36,075 nt of DNA from Guillardia theta CCMP2712. Its lineage: Eukaryota > Protista > Cryptophyta. How positions within the stretch are numbered: the stretch's first letter is position 1; each line of letters opens with the position of its first letter. The translations under genes and the position numbers were made by a program. Shown here in pieces: positions 21,934 to 33,300 of the stretch. The stretch spans positions 222,390 to 258,464 of the forward strand of contig NW_005434573.1 in assembly GCF_000315625.1 (NCBI RefSeq). Reading direction: 5' to 3'. Below the pieces are notes generated by a model. That model saw only the letters and a program-made list of their open reading frames with translations, did not search any database and was not told the DNA's origin.

Positions 21934-23446
21934 TCTGCAAAAGACAGTAAGCACGACGAGACGTGAATTCAACGAAGAAAACTGAGAAAATATTTTGATA
22001 CATAATAACCAGAATCACTGTTCTCAAGTTATCAACTCGAAAAATAATCTCATGAACTACAATCAGAACGCGGCCTTTGAACATTTCAGATGAAGTTGAG
22101 CAACCAGGGCCTCAAAAACTTGCCATGGTTGATCATCAGCCTAAGAATAAAGGGACTCGGGACAGTTATCTTTTACGACAAGTCAGCTAGACTTGCCCTG
22201 GCACTAAGCTAGCTAACGCGCGGCCGTCAGACCCCAAGATTGTCGCAGCAGCAACTTGACTCAGTGAGTTGACATTGATCGGACAGCACTACAACACTGA
22301 TCGCAGGTTCAGCACAAGGCCCTGACACCATCATCGACATCCTCCCTCTCCCACGTTGCCATGGCGACAAGGCGAACTAATGCGAAGAGGCGCCGCCGGG
22401 CGATCATTTGACTACCTAGTAGCACATTCCAGTGGAATTATTACTCAACAGAAAAGTTTGCAATATTGAACTTTAAAGTTTTTTCCTTTTAAACTTTGAA
22501 AGTTTCAATTCAAAGTTTTTGTGATTCTTTACTCAATTTTCTTTGCCTTTGGCGCCAAAAAATCGCCATTCCCTTCCCGCTCCATGCTGCCCCTCCCACC
22601 TCAGCGTGCTCCTCCTCCTCCTCTCTCTCTCTCGACATGCTTCATTCGATCATCGCTTGCGCAAACCATGATTCTGCTCCCTCTTGTCCTCTTGACTCCT
22701 CTTCTTTCAGCTCTTCCGTCACTTCCTCCCTGCTCTCCGCCTCGTTGAAGTTTCCCGCTTCCTAATTTTTCCGGTGTCCCTCTTCCTTCCATTCCTGCCC
22801 TCAGCTTCGACCCTATTGGTCTCGCTCTTGTCCTTTCTTCTCTATTTGAACTTGACTCATTTCCACTTGCTCACTCTCTTTGTCTTCTCGACCTTGAAAT
22901 GAATCTCGTTACCTTCCTCCCTTCACCTGTTGCTCTCTTGCTGCAAGCTGCGCCTTTGCATTATTTCCTCTCAGATTCACCAACTGCATCCTGGACAACA
23001 ATTCTTCTAATTGCCTTCACGCTGCCCAATCTTCTCAAATCACCATGCTCTATTACGGTTGCATAAATCGTGCCGCTCCCTTCACATCGCATGTTCTCTT
23101 TTGCAATTATGCGCTCAGTCGCTCAGGTGGATCTCACTGGACTGGCATGTTTGTCAGGATTGTTAGGCATGTTTGTTCTTTTTATTGCAATAATCACTTG
23201 TACGCGATGGTTCCACTCTAGTGACGCATCTTTCTCTTCTGTGCAGTTCGATAACCCTACCTTTTCTGTGAATTTTTTAACATTGATTGTCTTAATTACT
23301 CTCTTCTTGTGTCCTCTTTTTACTGGTGTTCACCTCCGATCATCCACCACCTCACAATCCGCATCATGCTTTCTGACATTTCAAATCAAGCAATGAAGTA
23401 TTTTTTGTGCAAGCATCTTAAAATTTGTTCCCTAGGTTTGATCAGG

Positions 23447-26400
23447 ATGGAATCTCGTCCACGTCGAGAGAAAAAAGCAAGGGTAAACCATGCTGCTCTT
23501 GAATTGTTGCAGAGCGCAAAAAGTGGAAACCTCAAACGAAGTGAACAGTTCAAGGTCAGTGCAAGCCACTAAGAGTATGTGCTAAACTTCAATGCAGGTC
23601 AAAGAGCAGGAATCCATCTTTGTTGAAATGGATGAAGAAGAATATGCAAACCTTGTTTCTAAGCGGAGGGAAGACGATTTCCTTGAGGAAGATGGTTTCT
23701 TGAAACAAATCTGATATTTCTCTTTTTGAATAGTGTATCTAGGTGACGACCTTGGATACAAGGATGATGGAGAAGAAGTTTGGAATAGGTAATTGTTTCT
23801 TTTCATGAACTCAAGTAGAATGATTGATTCCACTTTAGAGAGGAGGATTCGGACGACGAATATGAAGAGAAGGATGCTTATGCTTCCAAAATTGGTATGG
23901 TCACCACGAAAGTCAATGAGGACCAGAAGCAAAAGCGACCCGATCACTCTCTTTCTGCATTGTTGCAAAAGCAGGCATTGAAGGCCAAGGCCAAAGCAAC
24001 AAGCACCAGTGTGACTGTGAAAACTGAAGTTACGGAGCCTGCAACCTCAGGGATCAAAAGAAAGCTCGACTCCAAAGTGGACATCGGCCTCGACAACTTG
24101 CTTGCTGATCTTACTGCAGACGTCAAACCAAAGAAGCCAGCAAATGCAAAGCCTCTCAGTGTTGGTAGGGCTTCCGCTGCTTCCATAAAAGGTGGTGCGT
24201 TCAGTGTGCCTCGCAAGCCCACTCAAACGATCATATCACCCATGGATAGCAAGAAGAAACCTGCTGTACCACAGAGAAAGAAGGTGCAGACCTCTGCTGT
24301 TCATATCAAGCAAGAGGAATTTGAAATCCATGAAGAATTCCAAAACGATGATCATCAACATTTTGACGAACACGAACCTGATGAGGTGAAAATGGAAGAA
24401 CCAGTGGATGAAAATTGTTCATTTCCAAGCTCGGACGGTGGATTTGCTCGGGATGTGACGTCGAATCGCAAGAAAATGTTGGCGGAGGTGGAGGATTGGC
24501 GAGCTATGAGAGATGCTGTGACAGATGCTGATATGGAGGTAGATGAGAGCAAGATCATGCCAAAAAATGAGGATCTCAATTCTGGTGATGTGAAATTCGA
24601 AGTCAATGACGATGGAACTTTGAAGTTTTTCTGGATTGATGCGTACGAAGATGTATCAAAGGCTGGAACTGTTTTCCTTTTTGGCAAGATAAAGATTCAG
24701 AACAATGATCTGGACAAACCAACTTTTATGAGTTGCTGCATTCATGTCGAAAATCTCCAACGACAAGTTTTTGTGTTGCCAAGAGAGAAATTGTTGGACA
24801 AAGACGGCAATGCTATGGAGGAAGATGTTGACTTGATGAATCATGTCTTCCCTGAGTTTGCCAAGTTTGCTCGAGACGCTGGAATCAAGAAGCACAAAGC
24901 CAAACTTGTGAAACGCAATTACATGTACCACTTTCAAGATCCTAGTATCCCGAAGTCTTCTCAATACTTGAAATTTGTGTACCCGGCAGAATTTCCAGCG
25001 GTCGCATCAGATCTTGCTGGCAGGTCTTTCAAGAAAGTATTCGGAACTACGCAGTGAGTGACTTTGTTTTATTTATACCATTCCTGATATTTCGCTTTTC
25101 GTAGGTCTTGTTTGGAGCTTTTGCTGTTGAAGCGCAAGTTGATGGGGCCTTGTTGGCTTAACATTCAAGGTGCAGAACCAGTTAGCACTCCACTGAGCTG
25201 GTGCAAGTATGAATTTCGGGTTGCCGATTCAAAGTGGATTCAGAAAAGCACTGTGTACATGGAAACTCCGCCTCTGAGAGTTATGAGTGTTCACATGCAG
25301 ACGGTCAAAAATCTTCGGGATCACTCGAACGAAGTTGCAATGCTGTCTGCCTTGTGCCACAACGAAGTGAATGCAGATGGTCCAACTGAAAGGCCTGAAA
25401 ATAAGATGTATGGATTCACTGGAATTCGAAAATTGGAGGGAGCGGCTTGGCCTCTGGACTTCAAGAATAAGATCGATCAATTCAACGCAACGCACAAGGA
25501 TGCTCCTCGATACATTCATGAAAACGAACGTGCTCTGTTGAATGCATTCCTTGCAAAACTACAATTGATGGACCCTGATGTGATCATAGGACACAACTTC
25601 ATCGGTTTTGACCTCGATGTATTATTGCATCGAATGCAAAAGCTAAAAATTCCTGGGTGGTCCAAGCTTGGCCGACTTCGAAGAACAAACATGCCGAAGC
25701 TTCAGAACAATGCTGGAGGTATGGGCCAGTCGACCTGGGCGGAGAAGAATGTTCTCTCTGGTCGTCTAATTTGCGACACATACATTGCTGCCAAGGAAAA
25801 TTTGCGCGAGACAACTTACACTCTTTCCGAGCTCGCCAAGACGCAGTTGCAAAAAGTCAGGTTTGACATTGACTTTCAGCAAGTTGCATCTTATTTTGGC
25901 AAATCAACTGATCTTCTGCAACTGATTGCCTGCAACGAAAATGACTCATATCTATGCCTTCTGTTGACATTCAAATTGATGATACTACCCTTGACGAAGC
26001 AACTCACAAACCTTGCTGGCAACCTTTGGAGCCGTTCTCTCCTTAGTGCGCGTGCAGAACGTGTGGAATACTTGTTGTTGCACGAGTTTCAAAAATTGAA
26101 GTTTGTGATGCCGGACAAGGCGACCTTCAACAAAAAGAAAGGAAACAAAGACGATTCGAACTTTGATGACGAAGCAGAAGACGACGCCAACCCCAAATGG
26201 AGCAAACGCAAGAAGGCGGCATACTCTGGCGGTCTTGTGCTTGATCCCAAACGTGGACTCTACGATAAACATATTTTGTTGTTGGATTTCAACTCTCTTT
26301 ACCCGACTATCATTCAGGAGTTCAACATTTGCTTTACCACTGTTCTTCCCTCAAGCAACACCGAGGAAGAAACCCCGCGGTATGAAATGCCAAGTAAGGA

Positions 26401-28545
26401 TCTGGATGAGGGTGTGCTTCCTCGTGTTATCAAAACTCTTGTGGAACGGCGAAGGAGTGTAAAAGAAATTATCAAGAAAGAGACAGATGCAACCAAAAGA
26501 CAGCAACTCGATATCCGACAGTCTGCCCTTAAGATTATGGCCAATTCGATGTATGGTTGCTTGGGATTCACTTATTCTCGCTTTTACGCTAAACCTCTAG
26601 CTGAATTGATCACTGCGCAAGGCAGAGAACTTCTTCAAAAGACAGTCGAGGTGACTCAGAACAAGCTCAATCTGGAAGTTGTGTATGGAGACACCGACTC
26701 CATCTTTGTGAACTCTGGCTGTGACACTTACGAAGAGGCGGTCAAGACAGCCAATGAGGCAAGGAAGGAGTTGAACAAGATGTGGAGACTTCTTGAAGTT
26801 GGTCTGGATGGAATTTACTGTCCTTTGCTTCTCTTGAACAAAAAGAAATATGCAGCTTTATCTGTCACTGAAAGGGATGGCAAGATTACCAAAGTGAAGG
26901 AAAAGAAAGGTCTTGACATTGTCCGTCGAGACTGGTGTGTCCTTGCAAAGCGGGCAGGCGACAAAATATTGGATTTCATTCTTTCGGGAAATCCAGTTGA
27001 AGATGTAGTTGAAAACATTCATACATACCTTCGTCAATTGGCAACTGACATGGAAAATAACTCGCTTCCGGTGACAAACTGAATGATTTTCTTGTTCGAT
27101 TGCGTTAAGTATTTGCTTGCAGTTGTCAGACTATGTGATTACCAAGGGCTTGACGAAGGAACCAGAAGAATATTCTGACGGTAAAACACAGCCACACGTT
27201 CAGGTTTGCCATGTCTATGGATGCGTGCGAGGGTTGTTGACCTTGAGAATAAGGTTGCGATAAAAATGAAGGAACGTGGAAGACCTGTACGAGCAGGGGA
27301 TCATATTCCGTACGTCATTTGTGCAGACCCAAACATCACGATGTTCGCTCAACGAGCACACGATCCAGAGCTTGTGGAAGAGGTCAAGGCTTCCCTGCCA
27401 GGACTTTATACTGATAGTTGTTCTCAGGCTGCTGGCAAGCTAACCTTGGACAAGAAATGGTATTTGGAATCGCAGCTTCATCCAGTCGTGTCTCGTATCT
27501 GTGCTGTCATCGAAGGCACCGACTCTGGAAGGATAGCGGAGTGTCTTGGTCTTGATGCAACTAAGTTCCACAAGAACGAATCGAGGTCTCAATCTAACTT
27601 CGACTCCGTATTCGCTCAACCAGCTGTTGAGGTACAGTGCTGTTCCTCTGTTGTCTTGTCTCATCTCTCTCTCAGGTGGATCGATTTGCAAGTGTTGAGC
27701 GCCTTATGGGCACATGCAGTGACGGTCTCACACGGTGAACTATACTGACCATGTCGATCACTTTCTCAACTTGTAAGCAGAGAATTCAAGGGCCCTTACG
27801 TGCTTCAAGATGGTGTCGCTGGTGCAAACAGCCTCATCTGCGGGATGCGATGTGCAGATGCAGCAGGAGCTTCTTTCAACCCTCGTGCGTTGCGCTTGCA
27901 GGTCGACAACCTCCTGCGCAGATGCCTTTCAAGGTTGTAGAGAACTCGTGGCAAAGGAGACCGAAGAGACGTTAATACGCTGCTCAGGTATCACGATGGT
28001 TGGATGTGCTGCTCGGACAGCATGTGTGTCCATCGCACTAGAAATATCATGTGCGACGTCTACCACGAGGGAAACACCTCCTTCTTCGGCTTGAAATGTC
28101 CGATGCCGGGTACGTGGTTTGTTTTGCCTCGTTGACGTTCTGATTGCCGTGGCAGAATGTGGAGGAAGGATGAGGTTGGAATACACATCTGAGCAGCTCT
28201 ACCTGCAGGTGAGTCTGACGGCAGGTTAAGGGGGGAGGGAGTTTGACTGGGCGGCAGATCCTCTACTTGAAGCGACTGTTCGATCTGAAGGATGCCGAGA
28301 AGAAGCTCTCGATTGAAAACTCTGAAAGGAAGGAGAGAGGATTCGTGTCCCTCAAGGCCCCAGTGTTCTCCAACGAAGAGCGGGTGAGGGAGGAGAGAAA
28401 GTCTCGACTGTAAGTCACAGAGTTGCAGTTGGCGATGGAAGTCATGCACGAAGATTGTCATCGTCTGCTACAGGAGAGTGCCTTTAACATGATCAACCTC
28501 GGGAATCTCTTCGCTTGCGAGGCAGAAGAGGAAGTGACGATGTGA
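23447..28545 (+). CDS. POLA1: DNA polymerase alpha catalytic subunit
   Basis: N-terminal IFVEMDEEEY..DDFLEED|GDDLGYKDDGEE; FFWIDAYE..GTVFLFGK; family-B motifs YSGGLVLDPKRGLYD..LLDFNSLYPTIIQEFNICFTT, KIMANSMYGCLG, VVYGDTDS, KKKYAA, KGLDIVRRDW; C-terminal CCSDSMC..RTR..CPMPECGGRM..YTSEQLYLQ. Long exons at ~23839-25052 and 25105-27070. Confidence 0.98.
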
Positions 28546-28612
28546 GAAGGGAAATTTACAGACAAACAGCTTGTGATTACAAGAGACGGTCCCTCCTCCC
28601 AGCTTCCTCTCC

Positions 28613-31600
28613 TCATGCAGTATCGTATTCGAAGACCCCGAACTCGCTCTTGATCGTCACCTTCTTCCCTGCTCCGCATGTCAAGTCCTTGTGTTCCTCT
28701 CTCCTCTCCTCTTCCCTCCTGCTTCTCTCCTCCCTCCCCTTCCCTCCCCTCTCCTCCTCTCTTACCTTGATGAGCCTCTACCCGACCCACGATCTGCGCA
28801 TCGACGCCCAAGGACTGGAGATGGAGTGAGGGAAAGCGGAAGAGGGACAGAGGAGCAGACACCTGACTGATGGCGATGATGGAGGAGGCGAACTCTGCGG
28901 GCACGTAGATTTCCATCCTGTGACCCATGTTGAAGACCTGCAGACAAGTCACTTTCCTCTTCCTTCTCGTCCTCGTCCTCGTCCTTCCTCGTTCTCCCAT
29001 CCTACACAACTTCCATCCTCCTCCTCCCCTCTTGCTCCTGCCCGTCAACGCATCCTTCCTTACCTTGTACATCTCCTTGTAGTCAGTCCCGCTTTCTTGG
29101 TGGATGAGCTGAAGGCAAGTGAGACACCGTTGGCAGGGCAAAGAAAGAAGAGGAAAGGGGAGGGCGAAGGAGGATGGGGGCAGGAGGAGGAGGAGGAGGA
29201 GGAGGAGGAGGAGGAGGGAATTGTTGATTTACCTTGAAGAGTGGGGGCACAGGGAAAAGATTGTCCTTGATCACGTGCAGGTTCTCGATGAAGTGGAGAG
29301 CCTTCGTCTGTGCTCCTCCCTGCCCCTCCATTAGCTTCTCCCTGCCCTTGTCCCTGTTTCCTCCTCTCTCCCCGTCCTCCTTCTCTTCCTCCCCTCCTCT
29401 TTCTCCTTTCATCCTTCATCACGCGCTGTTCTTCTCCTCACCGAGCAGTGGATGATGCCATGGATGTCCTTCCTGTGCTTGTCAAGCACTTTCTTCACCA
29501 CTGGCGCGTATGTGCGGGTGGCTGACAGGACGAGCTTGCCTGCGTCGAGGGGAGACCTGAAGCCTTGTCATGCGAGCATGAAGAAACTCCTCCTCCTCCT
29601 ACCCCTCCACTGCATCTGTGAGCTTCTGCTTGCCCGCGTACACCTGAGAATCGATCAGGGGAGATACGGTGGGAGGGGAGGTGGAGGAGAGAACACGACG
29701 AGGATGAAGCAGCGAGAGAGGAGGAGGAGAACCAGGTCAGAAGGGACGGCAGGGTCGAAGGATTCGGGATATTTCTCAGCGAGATACTTGGCGAAGACGT
29801 CATGCCTGCGAGAGAGTCAGAACAAGACAGGAGCAGGCGAGGGAAGGGGGAGGGAGGGAGAAAGAGAAAATAGGAGGAAAGGAGGGGAGGAGGAGCACAT
29901 GGAAGGGAAAGGAAGTTATAAAGAGCATTTCCTCGCGGACGTCAGGCCGTTGGATCCCATTCCTCCGTTATACTCATCTTCGTAGGTCGCCTGCCATAAA
30001 CTTGAGGAAGAGTGAAGTCGGGCGAGAAAGGGGAAGAGAGGAGAGGAGAGGAGAGGAGAGGAGAGGAGGGGAGAGGAGGGGGAAAAAGAGGAGGGCAGGG
30101 GAGGACGTACCTTTCCGTACGAGCACAGGCCGATAACAACATCGCCTGCTGCGATGTTCGCGTTGTCGATGACATCTGAGCGCTTCATCCTACAGGTGAC
30201 CTGCACATCATTCAATCCTCACCCTCCTGCTCCTGCTCCTCCTGCTACTCACGGTGGAGTCAACGATGATCGTCCTGACAAGATCTCCCACGTCCGCAGT
30301 CTCCCCCTGCTCCCTTTCAGTCTCTGCTGCACATCAAGCGCAGGACAAGTAGAGGCAGAGACTGAGGTGGGAGGAAGAGTGGAGGGAGGGAGGGAGGGAG
30401 GGAGGGAGGGAGGGAGGGAAGGAGGAGGAGGAGGAGGAGGAATGGCACAGACCCCAGTTGAGTGAATGTTGACTCCGTTGCTGCGAAGCATCTCGAGAAC
30501 CTCCTCCGTCCCGTTGATTAGCGCTGCTCGCAGTTAGTCCCTCGTCCTCTGCTTCTCCCTCCCTCCCTCGCTCCTTCCCTCGCTCCCTCCCTTCCCTTCC
30601 CTCCCTCCCTCAGAATCTTTTTCCGCCTGCAAAAAGCCCATCTTTTGATCCCTTCTTTCTTCATCTCCCTCCGTCTTCACCCTCCTGTCCTTCTCCTCCT
30701 CCATCGCCTCGCCCTCCCCCACCAGCATACCTGCGATCACTTCTCCCGGCACCAGGTTCTTGTTCCGTCCTGCGCGGTTGTGAGAGGAACAAGAGGACAA
30801 GGAGGACAATCGCGACGAGATTGACAGAGCAGAGGAGCAGGAGGAGAAAGAAGGGAGGAGGATAGGGGAGGAGGAGAGATGATGACCGATAGTGGAGGAG
30901 AGGAGGATGTTGTCCGTTGCTCCCACACACAGTAGATCATCGAGGTTCATGATGATGGCGTCCTAGAGAACAAGAAGTAAGAAAGGAGGAGGAGGAGGAG
31001 GAGGAGGAGGAGGGAGGAGGAGGAGGAGGANNNNNNNNNNNNNNNNNNNNNNNNNNNNNNNNNNNNNNNNNNNNNNNNNNNNNNNNNNNNNNNNNNNNNN
31101 NNNNNNNNNNNNNNNNNNNNNNNNNNNNNNTCTTTCCCCTTCTCCCGCGAAGACCTATTACCCTGTCATAGGGGCATCCAGAGTCGACAATTCTACTCTT
31201 CAACGGCTTTTGATATGTTCTAGTCCTCCATGATCACGTCAACTAGTTTTCAACGATGAGGAACAGGAGCACACCTACCATAGGCCGATGGTCGAGGCGG
31301 AGATGTTCTGTCCGTCTGGGAGTATAAGAAGCTGTTGTCCGCGTGTCCCATACTCCTTCGACCCCTCCCTCCACCTACAAGAATCATCAGAACATGAGGC
31401 AAGAAAGGAGGAGGAGCTGCAGGTGGTGGTGGTGGAGGAGGAGGAGGAGGAGGAGGGTATAGGGAAGAGGAAGAGGCTGAGGAGAGAGAAAACAAGGAGG
31501 AAGGAAGGGAGGTAGAGGAGGTAGGGGAAGTGGAGGAGGAGCGTAAGCGTCGGGTGGAACCTGTGCGATGCCTTTCCAAACTGACGCATCCTTGGTCTGA

Positions 31601-32548
31601 GCAAGGGAGGTGAGAGGGAGGAATGGAAGAGAAGGACTGACCTCCTTCCAGTACATGTACGCCAGCGAAGACTTCGTTCCTGCGCCATCCGCATGCATGA
31701 TGTTGCAGTACTCTACATGCTCACGTCAGAATGTGACCCTCCCTCTCCTCCTCTCCTCAGAGCACAGAGACTCCACTTCTTCCTCTCCTACCTGGATCGC
31801 CAGCCAGAAGGTCGGGAATGATCTTGCAGAACGCACGGGGGAACAATCCTTTGTCGACCTGAGAAGGAGGAGGAGGGAGGGGAGAATATGAGCGCAGCGA
31901 TCGAGAGAAGAAGCATGTCCTACATTCTTGATAGCGTTGTGCACGTCTTCCTTGCTCGCCGAGACTCCTCGGGCCATGTACCTGACGAATCGCATTCCGT
32001 CAACCCACGAATCCCTGCCTCGACCTTCCTGCCCCTTGTTGTCCTCGTTCCCCTCCCCTTCCCTTCACTTGTCAAACTTGTTCCTCCTCCGAGATAAACC
32101 TCCCTCATGATCTCCACGACTCATAGCCAATGGGCAACATTCCGCTCTCCCTTCTTTCTAATCTTCTACCTTGCTTTCCCGTATCCGTTCCATCACGTTA
32201 GATTCGTTGAACCTCCTCTTTCTCCACACCAGCTCATTCCAACAGCCTGCAATCTCATCTTTGTGTTCCTATGATTCATCGACTTTATGACCACATATAT
32301 CACTACTATGAATCTCCATGTCTCTTCGCATCCTTTCCACTCCAGCGCTTTTCTTACCCAGTCTATCCCACATGACCACCTCCACAACATCCTGTTCTCT
32401 CTCTACATCCTTCGCTCCTTCCTTCTTTTCCTCTGCTGCACTCTCACCCTCTTCATTTTATCCACGTGATATCTTCGCTCTTCTCCTCTCTCTCCTCCTC
32501 CATCGCCGCCGCCGCCGCCTCTTCATCTTACCTGCCGGCGTCCGCCAT
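28613..32548 (-). CDS. purM: Phosphoribosylformylglycinamidine cyclo-ligase (AIR synthetase), Bacteroidota-type, ~19 exons
   Basis: Spliced: MADAGR|YMARGVSASKEDVHNAIKNV|DKGLFPRAFCKIIPDFLAGDP|EYCNIMHADGAGTKSSLAYMYWKE|TKDASVWKGIAQ|DAIIMNLDDLLCVGATDNILLSSTI|GRNKNLVPGEVIA|..|GETADVGDLVRTIIVDST|VTCRMKRSDVID..|..YNGGMGSNGLTSAR|HDVF..|..GGAQTK..|VFNMGHRMEIY..|..KSEFGVFEYDTA*. Confidence 0.95.
31031..31130. other. Assembly gap (100 N) inside a purM intron
   Basis: Run of n adjacent to a (GGA)n tract. Confidence 1.
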
Positions 32549-32559
32549 ACTTGCAGTCC

Positions 32560-33290
32560 AAGGAGGTGCATCGATCACCCCCTACCTACACTTTATTCAT
32601 TGTACCCCCAGTAGCATTATTACACCCCTTATTTTTACCTTCAAATGAGGGAAAAGGTACCCGTATTTTACCTTCGGATTTCACATGACCCTCCCCAATG
32701 AAATCCTTACCCCCTCTTTTCCCATCTAACATCCTGGTAGAAATGGTTTACTCTAATCATTCTTTTGCACATTGGCGTCCAAAATGTTTTCTTTTATTGA
32801 TCGCAGATCTACTATTGAATTTTATTATCATATAAATATATATAACATAAACTAACTTTAATTTGATAGTTTTAATGTGATAAATAAATTTTAATACATA
32901 ATTGGTACAGTTGTATATGTGTAAAACTCTGCCAACTTTAAATACAATGATCGGGGACCGCTTCCCCCCACAGATCCCCAAGAGATCTTCACCCCCAGAT
33001 ATTCCCTTCTTTTCCCCTGAAATTGTAGGGTGGGGTCATAGCACGTGCCCTCAAATAAAACCTTTAGAAATAAAAAAAGCCCACCCATAGAGTGTTTGCC
33101 CAACCCCTATTCATTACACCCCACCCCCTGAAATTCCTTATATGTAGACTTCTAGTACCCCTCCTCTGATAGAAACTATTTTCCACCCCCACCCACTCCA
33201 CCCCGTACAGTAGTTCCCCACCCCTCGTTGATGAAATTGATTTAGTTCAACAATACGTTTAGTTTAGTTTAGTTTTGGTTCAGTTCGCCT
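32560..33290. promoter_or_regulatory. Putative bidirectional promoter between purM and the pseudouridine synthase gene
   Basis: Very AT-rich core ~32750-32950 flanked by CCCC-run/GTACC-rich arms, between head-to-head genes. Confidence 0.4.
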
Positions 33291-33300
33291 CCTCCTCACC

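Noticed and set aside
22070-22411. Possible small gene (minus strand MATWEREDVDDG.., or plus strand MATRRTNAKRRRRAII*)
   Set aside because: No convincing splice-consistent model; left unannotated but noted as a caveat to the strand-alternation finding.
23447-28545. Viral or Polinton-type family-B polymerase suggested by low GC and long exons
   Set aside because: It has Pol alpha-specific N-terminal and C-terminal domains and spliceosomal introns; no capsid, packaging ATPase or integrase genes are nearby.
32069-32124. Alternative purM first exon MSRGDHEGGLSRRRNKFDK
   Set aside because: The exon at 32532-32548 has a stronger donor (GTAAGA) and gives an N-terminus matching the length of bacterial homologues; the alternative is not fully excluded.
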